Source: Planctomycetia bacterium (GTDB taxonomy: Bacteria; Planctomycetota; Planctomycetia; Pirellulales; UBA1268). Taken from it: DNA of 64,000 nucleotides. Under the pieces are notes generated by a model. It was given only the letters and a program-made list of their open reading frames with translations, did not search any database and was not told where the DNA came from. Position 1 is the stretch's first letter. Every line of letters begins with the position of its first letter. Both the position numbers and the translations under genes were made by a program. Where the stretch lies: assembly GCA_046343855.1 (NCBI GenBank), contig JBKDMX010000092.1, positions 18,214 to 82,213 on the forward strand, in the 5' to 3' direction. Below, in pieces: positions 40,870-51,849 of the stretch.

Positions 40870-41768
40870 GCGACGGCACCCTCCACGTTTTTGTGGTCAA
40901 GCGAATCGGCCAAGGATCGGGCAGCTTCCAGTTCCCGCGACTCCGCCTCCAGCCGCCGTTCAATGACGAACTTGGCGACGAGCGTGATGAGCGCGAGGCC
41001 GGCGAGCACGCTGGCCACGGCCATCGAGGCGGGCTGCCGGTATTCCTGGAAGAGTTTTTCAACGCGGAGAGGCATCGTGTCGGTGGCGCCGGCGATGTGG
41101 CCGCTGACGACATAGACCGCACCGAATTCACCCATGGCGCGGGCATTGGCGAGCACGATGCCATGAAGCAGCGCCCAGCGGATGTTCGGCAGTGTCACCC
41201 GCCAAAACACCTGCCAGCCGCTGGCGCCCAGGCTCACGGCCGCCATCTCCTCTTCGGGGCCGATCGACTCCATCACCGGAATCAGCTCGCGGACCACCAG
41301 CGGCAGCGTGACAAACGTCGTGGCCAAAACGAGCCCGGGCCACGAGAAGATGATCTTCCAGTCGAGCCAGGCGAGCGTCGGCCCCAGAAGCCCCTGCCGC
41401 CCGAAGATCAAGACGAGCGCGAGGCCCGCCACGACGGGCGACACGGAGAACGGCACGTCGAAGAAGGAAATCAACAGCGAGCGGCCGGGAAACCGGAACC
41501 GGGCCACGAGCCAGGCCGCCGCCACGCCGAAGACGGTGTTGATCGCCACCGCCACCGGGGCCACCGTGAGCGAGAGCCAGATCGCATGCCGCGTGTCGGG
41601 GTCATGGGCCAGCGCCTCCCACCAAGCATTCGCGCCGCGGGCAAAAGCCTCGTAAAACACGCTCGCCAACGGCACGACGATGAGCAGGCCGACGACGCCC
41701 ACGGCGGCGGCGACGAGCGCGACCGTCAGCGGTGTCGAGGCGGCGGTTGTGGTGGGCTTGGCAGGCAT
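40866..41768 (-). CDS. cysW: Sulfate ABC transporter permease
   Basis: [38 protein letters not shown]. Confidence 0.93.
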   Translation of the reverse strand: MPAKPTTTAASTPLTVALVAAAVGVVGLLIVVPLASVFYEAFARGANAWWEALAHDPDTRHAIWLSLTVAPVAVAINTVFGVAAAWLVARFRFPGRSLLISFFDVPFSVSPVVAGLALVLIFGRQGLLGPTLAWLDWKIIFSWPGLVLATTFVTLPLVVRELIPVMESIGPEEEMAAVSLGASGWQVFWRVTLPNIRWALLHGIVLANARAMGEFGAVYVVSGHIAGATDTMPLRVEKLFQEYRQPASMAVASVLAGLALITLVAKFVIERRLEAESRELEAARSLADSLDHKNVEGAVA

Positions 41769-41774
41769 GCGCGT

Positions 41775-42686
41775 TTACTGGGCGTTGCGGGCGAGCCGCT
41801 GCTGGAGGGCGTTGACGACGACGAGCAACGTGATCGACATGGCGAGCAGCACGACCGCGATCGCGGTCGCCTCCGCATAGGCGAATTCCTCGAGCCGCGC
41901 CACGATCAAGACCGGGGCGATCTCCGTCTTGAAAGGCATGTTGCCCGAGATGAAGACGACCGATCCATATTCGCCGAGGGCGCGGGCCAGCGAGAGGGCG
42001 AAGCCGGTGACGACGGCCGGCAGGATCGCCGGCAGCACGACGCGGAGGAACGTCTGCGTCCGCGAGGCCCCGAGGATCCGTGCCGCCTCCTCGGTATCGC
42101 GGTCGAGGCTCTCGATCACCGGCTGCACGACGCGGATCGCAAAGGGCAGGCTCACGAACACGAGCACGAGCACGATGCCGAGATACGAATAGGCCCCCTG
42201 GATGCCGAGCGGCACGAGCCATTGGCCGAGCCACCCCTTCTTCACGTAAAGCGCCGAATAGACGAGCCCCGCCACGGCGGTGGGCAGCGCGAGCGGCACG
42301 TCCACGAGCGCGTCGAGCAGCCGGCGGCCGGGAAACTCGATCCGGGCCAGCACCCAGGCCACGAGCAGACCGAGGAGCGAACTCACGACAGCCGCGATCA
42401 CTGAGGCCGAGAGCGAGACGGCGTAGGCGGCCCGCGAGCGGGGCGTCCAGGCAGCGTCGAAAAAGCCCGCCGGCCCGAGCGACGCCGCCCGCAGGACGAG
42501 CACGGCCAGCGGAAACACGACGAGCGCCAGCACGACGAGCGACGTGATCGCCAGGCTCGCGCCGAAGCCGGGCAGCACCGCGGCATGCCTGCGCCGACGC
42601 GGCGCGGCAGACGCCGCCCGACGCGGGCCGGCGGCGAAGGCTGAGGTGTCGGCGAGCGCGATCATGTCTGCGGTCGAGTTGGGCAT
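41775..42686 (-). CDS. cysT: Sulfate ABC transporter permease
   Basis: VLPGFG, DVPLALPTAVAG, VQPV, ALGEYGSVVFISGNMPFKTEI. Confidence 0.93.
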   Translation of the reverse strand: MPNSTADMIALADTSAFAAGPRRAASAAPRRRRHAAVLPGFGASLAITSLVVLALVVFPLAVLVLRAASLGPAGFFDAAWTPRSRAAYAVSLSASVIAAVVSSLLGLLVAWVLARIEFPGRRLLDALVDVPLALPTAVAGLVYSALYVKKGWLGQWLVPLGIQGAYSYLGIVLVLVFVSLPFAIRVVQPVIESLDRDTEEAARILGASRTQTFLRVVLPAILPAVVTGFALSLARALGEYGSVVFISGNMPFKTEIAPVLIVARLEEFAYAEATAIAVVLLAMSITLLVVVNALQQRLARNAQ

Positions 42687-42735
42687 GAATGGCGAGGTTT
42701 GTTGTCAGGAAGCCCGACGGGCAATCGCGGATGTC

Positions 42736-43758
42736 TCAACGGCCGGGCTGGTAGATGGCGTCAAACACGCCACCTTCGCCGAAGAAATTCTTCGTGGCCG
42801 CCGGCCAGCCGCCGACGGCGTCGATCGTGAATGTCTCGATCTCCGGCCAGGCTTCGTTGGCGGCCGGCGTCGGTGCGTTTTCACCCCAGGGACGGTAGTG
42901 ATGCTTCGCGATGATCGCCCGCCCCTCCGGCGAATAGAGAAAGCCGAGGTAGGCCTCAGCTGCGTGCCGCGTGCCCTTCTTGTCGACGTTTTGATCGACG
43001 ACCGCCACGGGCGGATCGACGCGGATCGACTTCTTCGGATAGACGATCTCCAGTTCGCCGCCGGCCTCGTCTACCTCGAGATGGGCCTCGCTCTCGAACG
43101 TGATGTGCACGTCGCCGAGCCCCTTCTGCGAAAACGTCGCCGTGGCGGCGCGGGCGCCGGTGTCGAGCACGGGCGTCCGCTTGTAGAGCTCCGTGACAAA
43201 CGCCTTGGCATCCTCCTCCGAGCCGCCGCCGGTGATCACGGCGCCCCAAGCCGCCAGAAAGCTGTATTTGCCGTTGCCGCTGGTCTTGGGATTGGGCGTG
43301 ATGATCGAAACGTCACCCTTGACGAGGTCGCTCCAGTCCTTGATTCCCTTCGGATTCCCCTTGCGAACGACGAAGACGACGACGGAGTGATAGGGCACCG
43401 ACTGATTGTCGTAGCGATTCTGCCAGTCGGGCTTCACGAGGCCGGACTTCGCCACGGCCTCGACGTCGGGCCAGACCGCCAGCGTGACGACGTCGGCGTC
43501 GAGGCCGTCGATCACGGCCCGAGCCTGGCTGCCCGACGCGGCGTGCGACTGCTTGATCGAGACTGCGCGGCCGTGCTCCGCCTGATACTTCTTCGCGAAG
43601 GCGTCGTTGATCTCGCGGTAGAGCTCGCGGGTCGGGTCGTAGGAAACGTTGAGCAGCGCCACGGGGCCGGCATCCGCGGCGAGCGCCGCGCTCCCGGCGA
43701 GGGCGACGAGCACGGGGACGGAAAGGGCGACGAACGAACGGCGCGGCAGCATGGGCAT
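42736..43758 (-). CDS. sbp: Sulfate ABC transporter substrate-binding protein
   Basis: LLNVSYDPTRELY, QSH..SG.QARAVIDGL, RKGNPK.IKDW, TPNPKTSG, LDTGAR.AT. Confidence 0.95.
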   Translation of the reverse strand: MPMLPRRSFVALSVPVLVALAGSAALAADAGPVALLNVSYDPTRELYREINDAFAKKYQAEHGRAVSIKQSHAASGSQARAVIDGLDADVVTLAVWPDVEAVAKSGLVKPDWQNRYDNQSVPYHSVVVFVVRKGNPKGIKDWSDLVKGDVSIITPNPKTSGNGKYSFLAAWGAVITGGGSEEDAKAFVTELYKRTPVLDTGARAATATFSQKGLGDVHITFESEAHLEVDEAGGELEIVYPKKSIRVDPPVAVVDQNVDKKGTRHAAEAYLGFLYSPEGRAIIAKHHYRPWGENAPTPAANEAWPEIETFTIDAVGGWPAATKNFFGEGGVFDAIYQPGR

Positions 43759-43812
43759 GGATATCTCGGGAATGACGTGGTTCGGAAAACGAGGATGCGA
43801 CAACCCCTATGG

Positions 43813-43828
43813 GCAAGGGCCGTGCCAA
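43813..43828 (-). promoter_or_regulatory. Sigma54 -24/-12 promoter of the sbp-cysTWA operon
   Basis: Minus strand reads TTGGCACGGCCCTTGC, matching TGGCACG-N4-TTGC. Confidence 0.85.
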
Positions 43829-43917
43829 CCGAACGAGTCCCCCGCACCGGACCCACGCGGCAGAAAAATGCCGCTCTATCCGGCCCAGCTACCCGAAAAT
43901 CCGCCAGGTCTGAAAGA

Positions 43918-43979
43918 GCCGTGCTATGTGCCGGACGAGACGCCGTGACATTTGACGGCGCCCGTGTTTTTTCACGGGC
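43918..43979. promoter_or_regulatory. Tandem palindromes, candidate upstream activator sites
   Basis: CGCCGTGACATTTGACGGCG (43941-43960), GCCCGTGTTTTTTCACGGGC (43960-43979) and a degenerate copy at 43918. Confidence 0.6.
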
Positions 43980-43984
43980 TGCAC

Positions 43985-45694
43985 TCAGCCTTCGCGATAC
44001 GTCCTCTCGACCCGCTGTCGTTCGCGATCGATCTGCTCGCCGGTCGCCCCCAGCCGCTCCAGGATGCGCGCGGTAAACGCCAGCGCCACCTCTCCCTCGC
44101 CAGAAAACACGTCCTCGGCCCCGGCCTTGCGGAGCTTGGGCAGCTCGCGCACGTAATGCGACCGCGCAAGGACGTGAACCTCCGGATTGAGCTCCTTGGC
44201 GCGGCGGACGATCTCCTCGTCCACCGTGCCCGAGCCCGATGTGAGGATCAGGTTCTCGGCGGCTTGAATGCCCGCCTCGACGAGCGTCTCGGGGCGACTG
44301 GCATCGCCGTAGATGGCGTTGACGCCAAACACCTTGAGTCGCCGCACCGTTTCGAGGTTGAGCTCGATCACCGTCGGCTCGATCTCGTTGTCGAGCAGGA
44401 GTTCCGTGACCGTCTGCCCGACCGGGCCGTATCCGACGACCACCGCGCGGTGCCGTGGCGCGGCTTCGGCATCCGCCAACGCCTCGTCGCCGTCCTCCAT
44501 CGGCTCACCCACCCCGCCGCGCGACAGCCATCCGGCCATCGCGTCGCTGGCCCGATAGAAGAGCGGATTGAGCGTGATCGAGACGATCGCCGTGGCCACG
44601 AGGCTGTCGAGCACGACATCGGGAACCGCGCCGAGTTCCTTGCCGAGCGACGCCAACAGGAATGAAAACTCGCCGATCTGTGCCAGCGACACGGCCACCG
44701 GCATCGCCGTCCGCAGCGGATAGCCGAGCGCCGCCATGATTCCCAGCGCCGCCAGCGGCTTGGCGAGCATCACGATCGCCATCGTCGCCGCAAACGCCCC
44801 CGGCGCCTGCACGATCGCAAAGGGGTTGAAGATCATGCCGACCGACACGAAAAAAAGCACCGCAAACGCGTCGCGCATCGGCAACGCCTCCGACGCGGCC
44901 CGCAGACTGAATTCGCTGCGGCCCACGATCATGCCGGCCAGAAACGCGCCCAGCGCCATCGACACGCCGAACACTTTCGTCGCACCGACGGCGATCCCCA
45001 GGGCCACGACGAGCACGGCGAGCGTGAACAGTTCCCGCGACCGCGTGGCCGCCACCCGGTCGAGCAGAAACGGAATCACGCGGCCCCCAATAACGAACGT
45101 GACGGCGATGAGCGCGAGGATTTTTGCGCCGGCAATGCCAAGGGCCCCTGCCACGCCCTCGAGCCCAAGCGCATGGTCGCCGACAAGCGCGGGCAACAGC
45201 ACGAGCGCGACCACGGTGAGCAGGTCTTCCACCACCAGCCAGCCCACGGCGATCCGCCCGGGCCGCGTATGCAGGTCGCGGTTGTCGGAGAGCACACGCA
45301 CGAGCACGACCGTGCTGGCCACGGAAATCGCCCCGCCATACACGAGCCCCGTCGCCCAACCCCAGCCGAGCAGGTGGCCCACCAAGGCCCCGAGCGCCGT
45401 CGCTACGCCGCTTTGCACGAGGGCTCCGGGCACCGCGACGCGGCGCACGTCGAGCAATTCCCGCAGGTGAAACGTCAGCCCCACGCCAAACATGAGCAGG
45501 ATCACGCCCACTTCGGCCAACTGCTGCGCGATCGGGTAGCTGGCCTCGAAGCCGGGCGTGAATGGGCCAATCGCGACGCCGGCCAGGAGATAGCCCACGA
45601 TCGGCGAGAGCCGCATGCGTTGCGTGACATAGCCGAGCACGAGTGCCGCGGCGAGGCCGGCAGTGAGCGTCAGAATGAGGTCGATATCGTGCAT
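43985..45694 (-). CDS. CPA2 cation:proton antiporter with TrkA-N domain (YbaL/Kef-like)
   Basis: SPIVGYLLAG..IGPFTPG, AEVGVILLMFGVGL, SVAST, VVVGYGPVG, YGDA. Confidence 0.92.
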   Translation of the reverse strand: MHDIDLILTLTAGLAAALVLGYVTQRMRLSPIVGYLLAGVAIGPFTPGFEASYPIAQQLAEVGVILLMFGVGLTFHLRELLDVRRVAVPGALVQSGVATALGALVGHLLGWGWATGLVYGGAISVASTVVLVRVLSDNRDLHTRPGRIAVGWLVVEDLLTVVALVLLPALVGDHALGLEGVAGALGIAGAKILALIAVTFVIGGRVIPFLLDRVAATRSRELFTLAVLVVALGIAVGATKVFGVSMALGAFLAGMIVGRSEFSLRAASEALPMRDAFAVLFFVSVGMIFNPFAIVQAPGAFAATMAIVMLAKPLAALGIMAALGYPLRTAMPVAVSLAQIGEFSFLLASLGKELGAVPDVVLDSLVATAIVSITLNPLFYRASDAMAGWLSRGGVGEPMEDGDEALADAEAAPRHRAVVVGYGPVGQTVTELLLDNEIEPTVIELNLETVRRLKVFGVNAIYGDASRPETLVEAGIQAAENLILTSGSGTVDEEIVRRAKELNPEVHVLARSHYVRELPKLRKAGAEDVFSGEGEVALAFTARILERLGATGEQIDRERQRVERTYREG

Positions 45695-45793
45695 GGCCAT
45701 GGCTTCCGGGCGGACCGTTATACCCGTCTTGGGGGAACTGGGCAGGCGGCCGGCCCACGCCCGACCCGCGGACTGGCACATTCCGTCGCGTGA

Positions 45794-46123
45794 TCACGCA
45801 CGTGCAGCCGGCAGGGCTGGGCTGACGCCATGAAGGGGCTTGCGGCGGATGACGCTCAGAAACGCGCGCTCGGCGGAGGTGAGGTCATGCGGATCAAGCA
45901 CGTGCACATCGATCTTTTCGTCGCAGACGCTGCGAAACGCGACGGCTATCCGCAGGGAAAGGCGGAACCGGTCTTCGGCGGTCAGCCCCGGGGCGAACAC
46001 GATGAGGTCGATGTCGCCGCCGCGGGCCGCGTCGTCGACGCGCGAGCCGAAAATCTCGACCGGGTAATCGACGCCTTGCATCGCGTATGCGAGCGCCTGT
46101 CGTTCGAGATCGCTGAGCCGCAT
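45794..46123 (-). CDS. Minimal nucleotidyltransferase (MNT) antitoxin
   Basis: FGSRVDDAARGGDIDL (GS-X10-DXD), KIDV. Confidence 0.85.
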   Translation of the reverse strand: MRLSDLERQALAYAMQGVDYPVEIFGSRVDDAARGGDIDLIVFAPGLTAEDRFRLSLRIAVAFRSVCDEKIDVHVLDPHDLTSAERAFLSVIRRKPLHGVSPALPAARA

Positions 46124-46124
46124 G

Positions 46125-46583
46125 TCATCGCCTCCGGCTGGCATCGACGTAACGGCGAGCCGTCGCGACGGCATCGGCCACCACGGGCCGATACGATTCG
46201 ATCAACAGCGCATAGATGCCCTGCACCTTGTCGGAAAGATAGTCGTGGGCGATGCGGTTGCGGACCTTGCGCATTTCCATCCAACGATCGACCTGGTCGA
46301 TGAGACCAAGCTTGCACATCAACCCCAGACAGTCGCGCACGGTCGAACCGGTGCCCGCCGTCTCGAATGCCTCCACGGTGCGGAAGAACTTTAGAAACAC
46401 CTCGACGCCCCGCTCGAAGCGGGTGACAAGGGCGTCGTAGGGTTCCAATTCGTCCGGTGAATAAGGACGGTTCGGGTCGAACGGGCGAAGTTTCGCTGCC
46501 GAGTGCAGATACAGCGCTGCGCCGCGGTCCACTTTTGCGTGGGCTTCTTCGAGAAGCTCATGAAGATCGGCGTTGCGATTCAT
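46125..46583 (-). CDS. HEPN-domain toxin / nucleotidyltransferase substrate-binding protein
   Basis: DALVTRFER, RNRIAHDY (R-X4-H). Confidence 0.83.
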   Translation of the reverse strand: MNRNADLHELLEEAHAKVDRGAALYLHSAAKLRPFDPNRPYSPDELEPYDALVTRFERGVEVFLKFFRTVEAFETAGTGSTVRDCLGLMCKLGLIDQVDRWMEMRKVRNRIAHDYLSDKVQGIYALLIESYRPVVADAVATARRYVDASRRR

Positions 46584-46667
46584 CCTTCCAGTCTAACAAC
46601 GTGGAACGTGGCAGGCCCGCGAAGCGATGGCTCGCGGGCCGTGGTTGGGGTGCCTGTTCGCCGCGGT

Positions 46668-47639
46668 CTAGAGGCCGAAGTCGTCCTCCGGCAGCGGACC
46701 GGACATCCCGATCAACTGATAGAGCGGCGTAGAGAGATACCGTTCCCCGGTGCTGCAGGCGAACGTGACGATCGTCTTGCCCGCGTTCTCGGGACGCGAG
46801 GCCAGGCGGTGCGCGACGGCCACGTTCGCCCCGCTGCTCACGCCCACGAGCAGCCCCTCCTCGCGGGCCAGCCGGCGGGCCCAGTCCATCGCCTCGGCGG
46901 TGGTCACGGTCTCGACCGCATCGACGACCCCGCGGTCGAAATTCCTGGGCACAAAGCCAGCACCGATGCCCTGGATGCCGTGCTGCCCGGGAGGACCGCC
47001 GGAGAGTACCGCCGACTCGGCCGGCTCGACCGCGATCGACCGTACGTTGGGATTGCGCATCTTGAGAAAACGGCTCACGCCCGTGATCGTGCCGCCCGTG
47101 CCGACGCCGGCGACGATGATGTCGACCTGGCCGGCGGTCGCCGCCCAGATCTCCGGGCCGGTCGTTTCTTCATGGATCGCAGGATTGGCTGGGTTTTCAA
47201 ACTGCCGTGGCATCCAGCCGCCGCGCGTCGCGGCGAGAAGCTCCTCAGCCCGCTCGATGGCGCCCCGCATGCCGGCCTTCGCGGGCGTGAGGATGAAATC
47301 GGCGCCGAGGCCCAGGAGCAGCGCGCGGCGCTCAGTGCTCATCGAGTCGGGCATCGTGAGCGTGACCGGATAGCCCTTGGCCGCGGCGACGAATGCCAGC
47401 GCGATGCCGGTGTTGCCACTGGTGGGCTCGATGATGCGGCCGCCTGGCTCGATCGCCCCATCCGCTTCGGCCGCCTCGATCATTGCCAGGCCAATGCGAT
47501 CCTTGACACTGCCGAGCGGGTTACGGTTTTCCGCTTTTACGAGCACCGCCGCGTGATGCCTGCCGAGCACCCGCGTGAGACGCAACAGGGGCGTTCGGCC
47601 GACGGTCTCGAGCAGGCCCTTGGGGCCACTGGCTTGCAT
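46668..47639 (-). CDS. cysK: Cysteine synthase A
   Basis: [49 protein letters not shown]. Confidence 0.95.
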   Translation of the reverse strand: MQASGPKGLLETVGRTPLLRLTRVLGRHHAAVLVKAENRNPLGSVKDRIGLAMIEAAEADGAIEPGGRIIEPTSGNTGIALAFVAAAKGYPVTLTMPDSMSTERRALLLGLGADFILTPAKAGMRGAIERAEELLAATRGGWMPRQFENPANPAIHEETTGPEIWAATAGQVDIIVAGVGTGGTITGVSRFLKMRNPNVRSIAVEPAESAVLSGGPPGQHGIQGIGAGFVPRNFDRGVVDAVETVTTAEAMDWARRLAREEGLLVGVSSGANVAVAHRLASRPENAGKTIVTFACSTGERYLSTPLYQLIGMSGPLPEDDFGL

Positions 47640-47701
47640 GACTGGTGTTCGTCCGTGATCGATGGCTCAACAGGAAACGTTGACGACCAGGACTTGCAGG
47701 G

Positions 47702-47718
47702 TGCAAAGGCCGTGCCGA
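47702..47718 (-). promoter_or_regulatory. Sigma54 -24/-12 promoter of the left cysK
   Basis: Minus strand reads TCGGCACGGCCTTTGCA. Confidence 0.8.
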
Positions 47719-47863
47719 CGAAGGACACGACCAGCACGCCAAGACGAATCCGAGAAACTGCCTTTTTCTGTTGGAATTCCGAGATAAACGGGGGCGTTCG
47801 CCGAAGCGGGGAACGAGAAGTATGATAAATGACTCATTTTTTAAAAATAGGTCATAATCGGTC

Positions 47864-48865
47864 ATGCGCCCCGATCCGTCCGATGCACTAGTGTCTCATG
47901 CGAGGGCCGAGGGGGCAGTCTCGACCGATGAGGCGATGAGACTGCTTGGTGTGTCGCGGGCGACCGCCCAGCGCCGGCTCCGGGAACTCGTCGCGCAACA
48001 GCGGCTGGCCCGCGAGGGAGCCGGACGCGGGGCGCGGTATGTGCTTCCGAGCAACCGTTGGGAGCGGCAGCTCGCGGGCCTCGAGGAAGACTCGCTGTGG
48101 CGCGAGGTGCGGACAACACTTGTTGACCTGGGCCTTTCGGACCGGGAGCTCGGCACGGTGGGCTACACGTTCACCGAGATGGTAAACAACGCGATCGACC
48201 ACAGCCGAGGCGACACGTTGCTGGTGACCGCCACCGCATCGCCATCCGGTGTGGTCATCGAGATTTGCGACGACGGCATCGGCGTCTTTCGCTCCGTGCG
48301 AGAATCACAGCGATTGCCCGACGACGTCGAGGCTGTTTTCGTGCTCGAAAAAGGCCGATTCACGACGCAGCCGGAACGCCACAGCGGGGAGGGAATCTTC
48401 TTTGCGTCGAAGGCCGCAAATCGCTACCTGCTTGCGTCTGGCAGGGTGGCATGGATCACCGACAACGAAGCTCACGACACGACGATCCAACTCCAGCCCG
48501 AACCGCGGCGAGGCACCCAGGTTGTCCTCACGTTCATTCCTGGGAGGGTGTTCGCGCTCGCGGACGTGTTTCGGCGTTGGACCGATCCCGACACGCTTGC
48601 ATTCGATCGCACCCGCACGACCGTGCGGCTCGCCGGCTTCGGCGTGCAGCTTTTGTCACGCTCCGAAGCCCGGCGGGTGACGATTGGCCTCGAGCCGTTC
48701 CGCCACGTCACGATCGACTTCGCGGGCGTGGACATGGTCGGGCAGGGATTCTGCGACGAGGTGTTTCGCGTTTTCGCCGCCGCCCACCCCCAGATCGAGC
48801 TTGCCACGGTGGGCATGAATGAAAGCGTGGCGTTTATGGTCGAACGGGCCCGTCGCAAAGCATAG
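47864..48865 (+). CDS. HTH + HATPase_c + STAS-like (DUF4325-type) protein
   Basis: N-terminal HTH (LGVSRATAQRRL), TEMVNNAIDHS, DDGIG, HSGEGIFF, C-terminal SRSEARR, DF.GV..VGQGFCDEVFRVF. Confidence 0.82.
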   Translation: MRPDPSDALVSHARAEGAVSTDEAMRLLGVSRATAQRRLRELVAQQRLAREGAGRGARYVLPSNRWERQLAGLEEDSLWREVRTTLVDLGLSDRELGTVGYTFTEMVNNAIDHSRGDTLLVTATASPSGVVIEICDDGIGVFRSVRESQRLPDDVEAVFVLEKGRFTTQPERHSGEGIFFASKAANRYLLASGRVAWITDNEAHDTTIQLQPEPRRGTQVVLTFIPGRVFALADVFRRWTDPDTLAFDRTRTTVRLAGFGVQLLSRSEARRVTIGLEPFRHVTIDFAGVDMVGQGFCDEVFRVFAAAHPQIELATVGMNESVAFMVERARRKA

Positions 48866-48883
48866 ATTGCTTGTTATGCAGAT

Positions 48884-48950
48884 TTGACGGCGGAAAAACC
48901 TGTAAATAAGATCGACGAACTGGGATATATGGCCGTGTCATTTCACGGCC
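48884..48950 (+). promoter_or_regulatory. Sigma70 promoter of the activator gene plus palindromic operator
   Basis: TTGACG(48884)-N17-TAAGAT(48907); GGCCGTGTCATTTCACGGCC at 48931-48950. Confidence 0.65.
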
Positions 48951-48993
48951 TGATCTTCATTCCTTTCCGATCGCAGCTCCCCGGAAAGCCGCC

Positions 48994-50601
<1,608 letters not shown>

Positions 50602-50750
50602 CGAGACACCCGCGGTGAAAAATCATCCGGCGACGCTTCCCAAAAGGCGGCTGTCTCGCTAAAGTGCGCAAACTTTGCGTGCATCGAGTGCAGCCAGTCT
50701 GCTTCGATGTGATCTTCGAAAAACAGTTTCCGCGTTGCTGACCGGTCCTC

Positions 50751-50767
50751 TTGGAGGCGCGCTTGCT
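50751..50767 (+). promoter_or_regulatory. Candidate sigma54 promoter of cysK-encapsulin-desulfurase
   Basis: TTGGAGGCGCGCTTGCT has GG-N10-GC spacing and TTGC but a weak -24 half. Confidence 0.5.
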
Positions 50768-50789
50768 CGATCTGGAGCAGGAGGCCCCT

Positions 50790-51713
50790 ATGCCGGTCTA
50801 TGCAGACAATGTCGACGCGATCGGGCGGACGCCGCTCGTGCAGATCAACCGCCTGACGCAGGGCCTCGATGCCCGCGTGCTCGCGAAGATCGAAGGCCGC
50901 AATCCGGCCTACAGCGTGAAGTGCCGCATCGGCGCGGCGATGATCTGGGATGCGGAGCGGTCCGGCCGGCTCAAGCCGGGACAGCACGTCGTCGAGCCGA
51001 CGAGCGGCAACACCGGGATCGCGCTCGCCTTCGTCTGCGCCGCCAAGGGCTATCCGCTCACGCTCCTGATGCCGGAGTCGATGTCGATCGAACGGCGGCA
51101 GTTGCTCAAGGGTCTCGGCGCGAATCTCGTGCTCACGCCTGCGGCCGAAGGGATGCGCGGCGCGGTCGCGCGGGCCGAGGAGATGGCCCAAGACCCGGCC
51201 TATTTCATGCCGCAGCAGTTCAAGAACCCCGCCAATCCCGAGATCCATTTCAAGACGACGGGTCCCGAGATCTGGAACGACACCGAAGGCAAGGTCGACG
51301 TGTTCGTGGCGGGTGTCGGCACCGGCGGCACGATCACGGGCGTGTCGCGGTTCTTCAAGCACGGCCAGGGGCAGAAGCTCCATACCGTGGCCGTCGAACC
51401 GGAGGCGAGCCCGGTGCTCTCCGGCGGCAAGCCGGGGCCGCACAAGATCCAGGGCATCGGCGCGGGCTTCGTGCCCGACGTCGTCGATCGCTCGCTCATC
51501 GACGAGATCCTCACCGTCAGCAATGAGGAGGCCTACGCGGTGGCCCGTCGGCTCGCGAAGGAGGAAGGCATCCTCTGCGGCATCAGCTGCGGCGCGGCGA
51601 TGCACGCGGCCCTGCGGGTGGCCGCCCGCCCCGAATCGGCAGGCAAGACGATCGTCGTCGTGCTCCCCGACTCCGGCGAGCGCTACCTCTCCACCGGCCT
51701 CTACGAATCCTGA
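50790..51713 (+). CDS. cysK: Cysteine synthase A
   Basis: [48 protein letters not shown]; GGAGG RBS. Confidence 0.95.
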   Translation: MPVYADNVDAIGRTPLVQINRLTQGLDARVLAKIEGRNPAYSVKCRIGAAMIWDAERSGRLKPGQHVVEPTSGNTGIALAFVCAAKGYPLTLLMPESMSIERRQLLKGLGANLVLTPAAEGMRGAVARAEEMAQDPAYFMPQQFKNPANPEIHFKTTGPEIWNDTEGKVDVFVAGVGTGGTITGVSRFFKHGQGQKLHTVAVEPEASPVLSGGKPGPHKIQGIGAGFVPDVVDRSLIDEILTVSNEEAYAVARRLAKEEGILCGISCGAAMHAALRVAARPESAGKTIVVVLPDSGERYLSTGLYES

Positions 51714-51849
51714 ATCGAATGACTGAAAACGAGCGAAGGGATCGGCGGAAGCTCGACGAGCCCAAACCTCACGATGGCGCCGCTTCGGCCCACCGCGAGG
51801 AGACTTCTGCCGTCCCGAAGCGAAAGACTCGATCAATGGAGACACTTCA

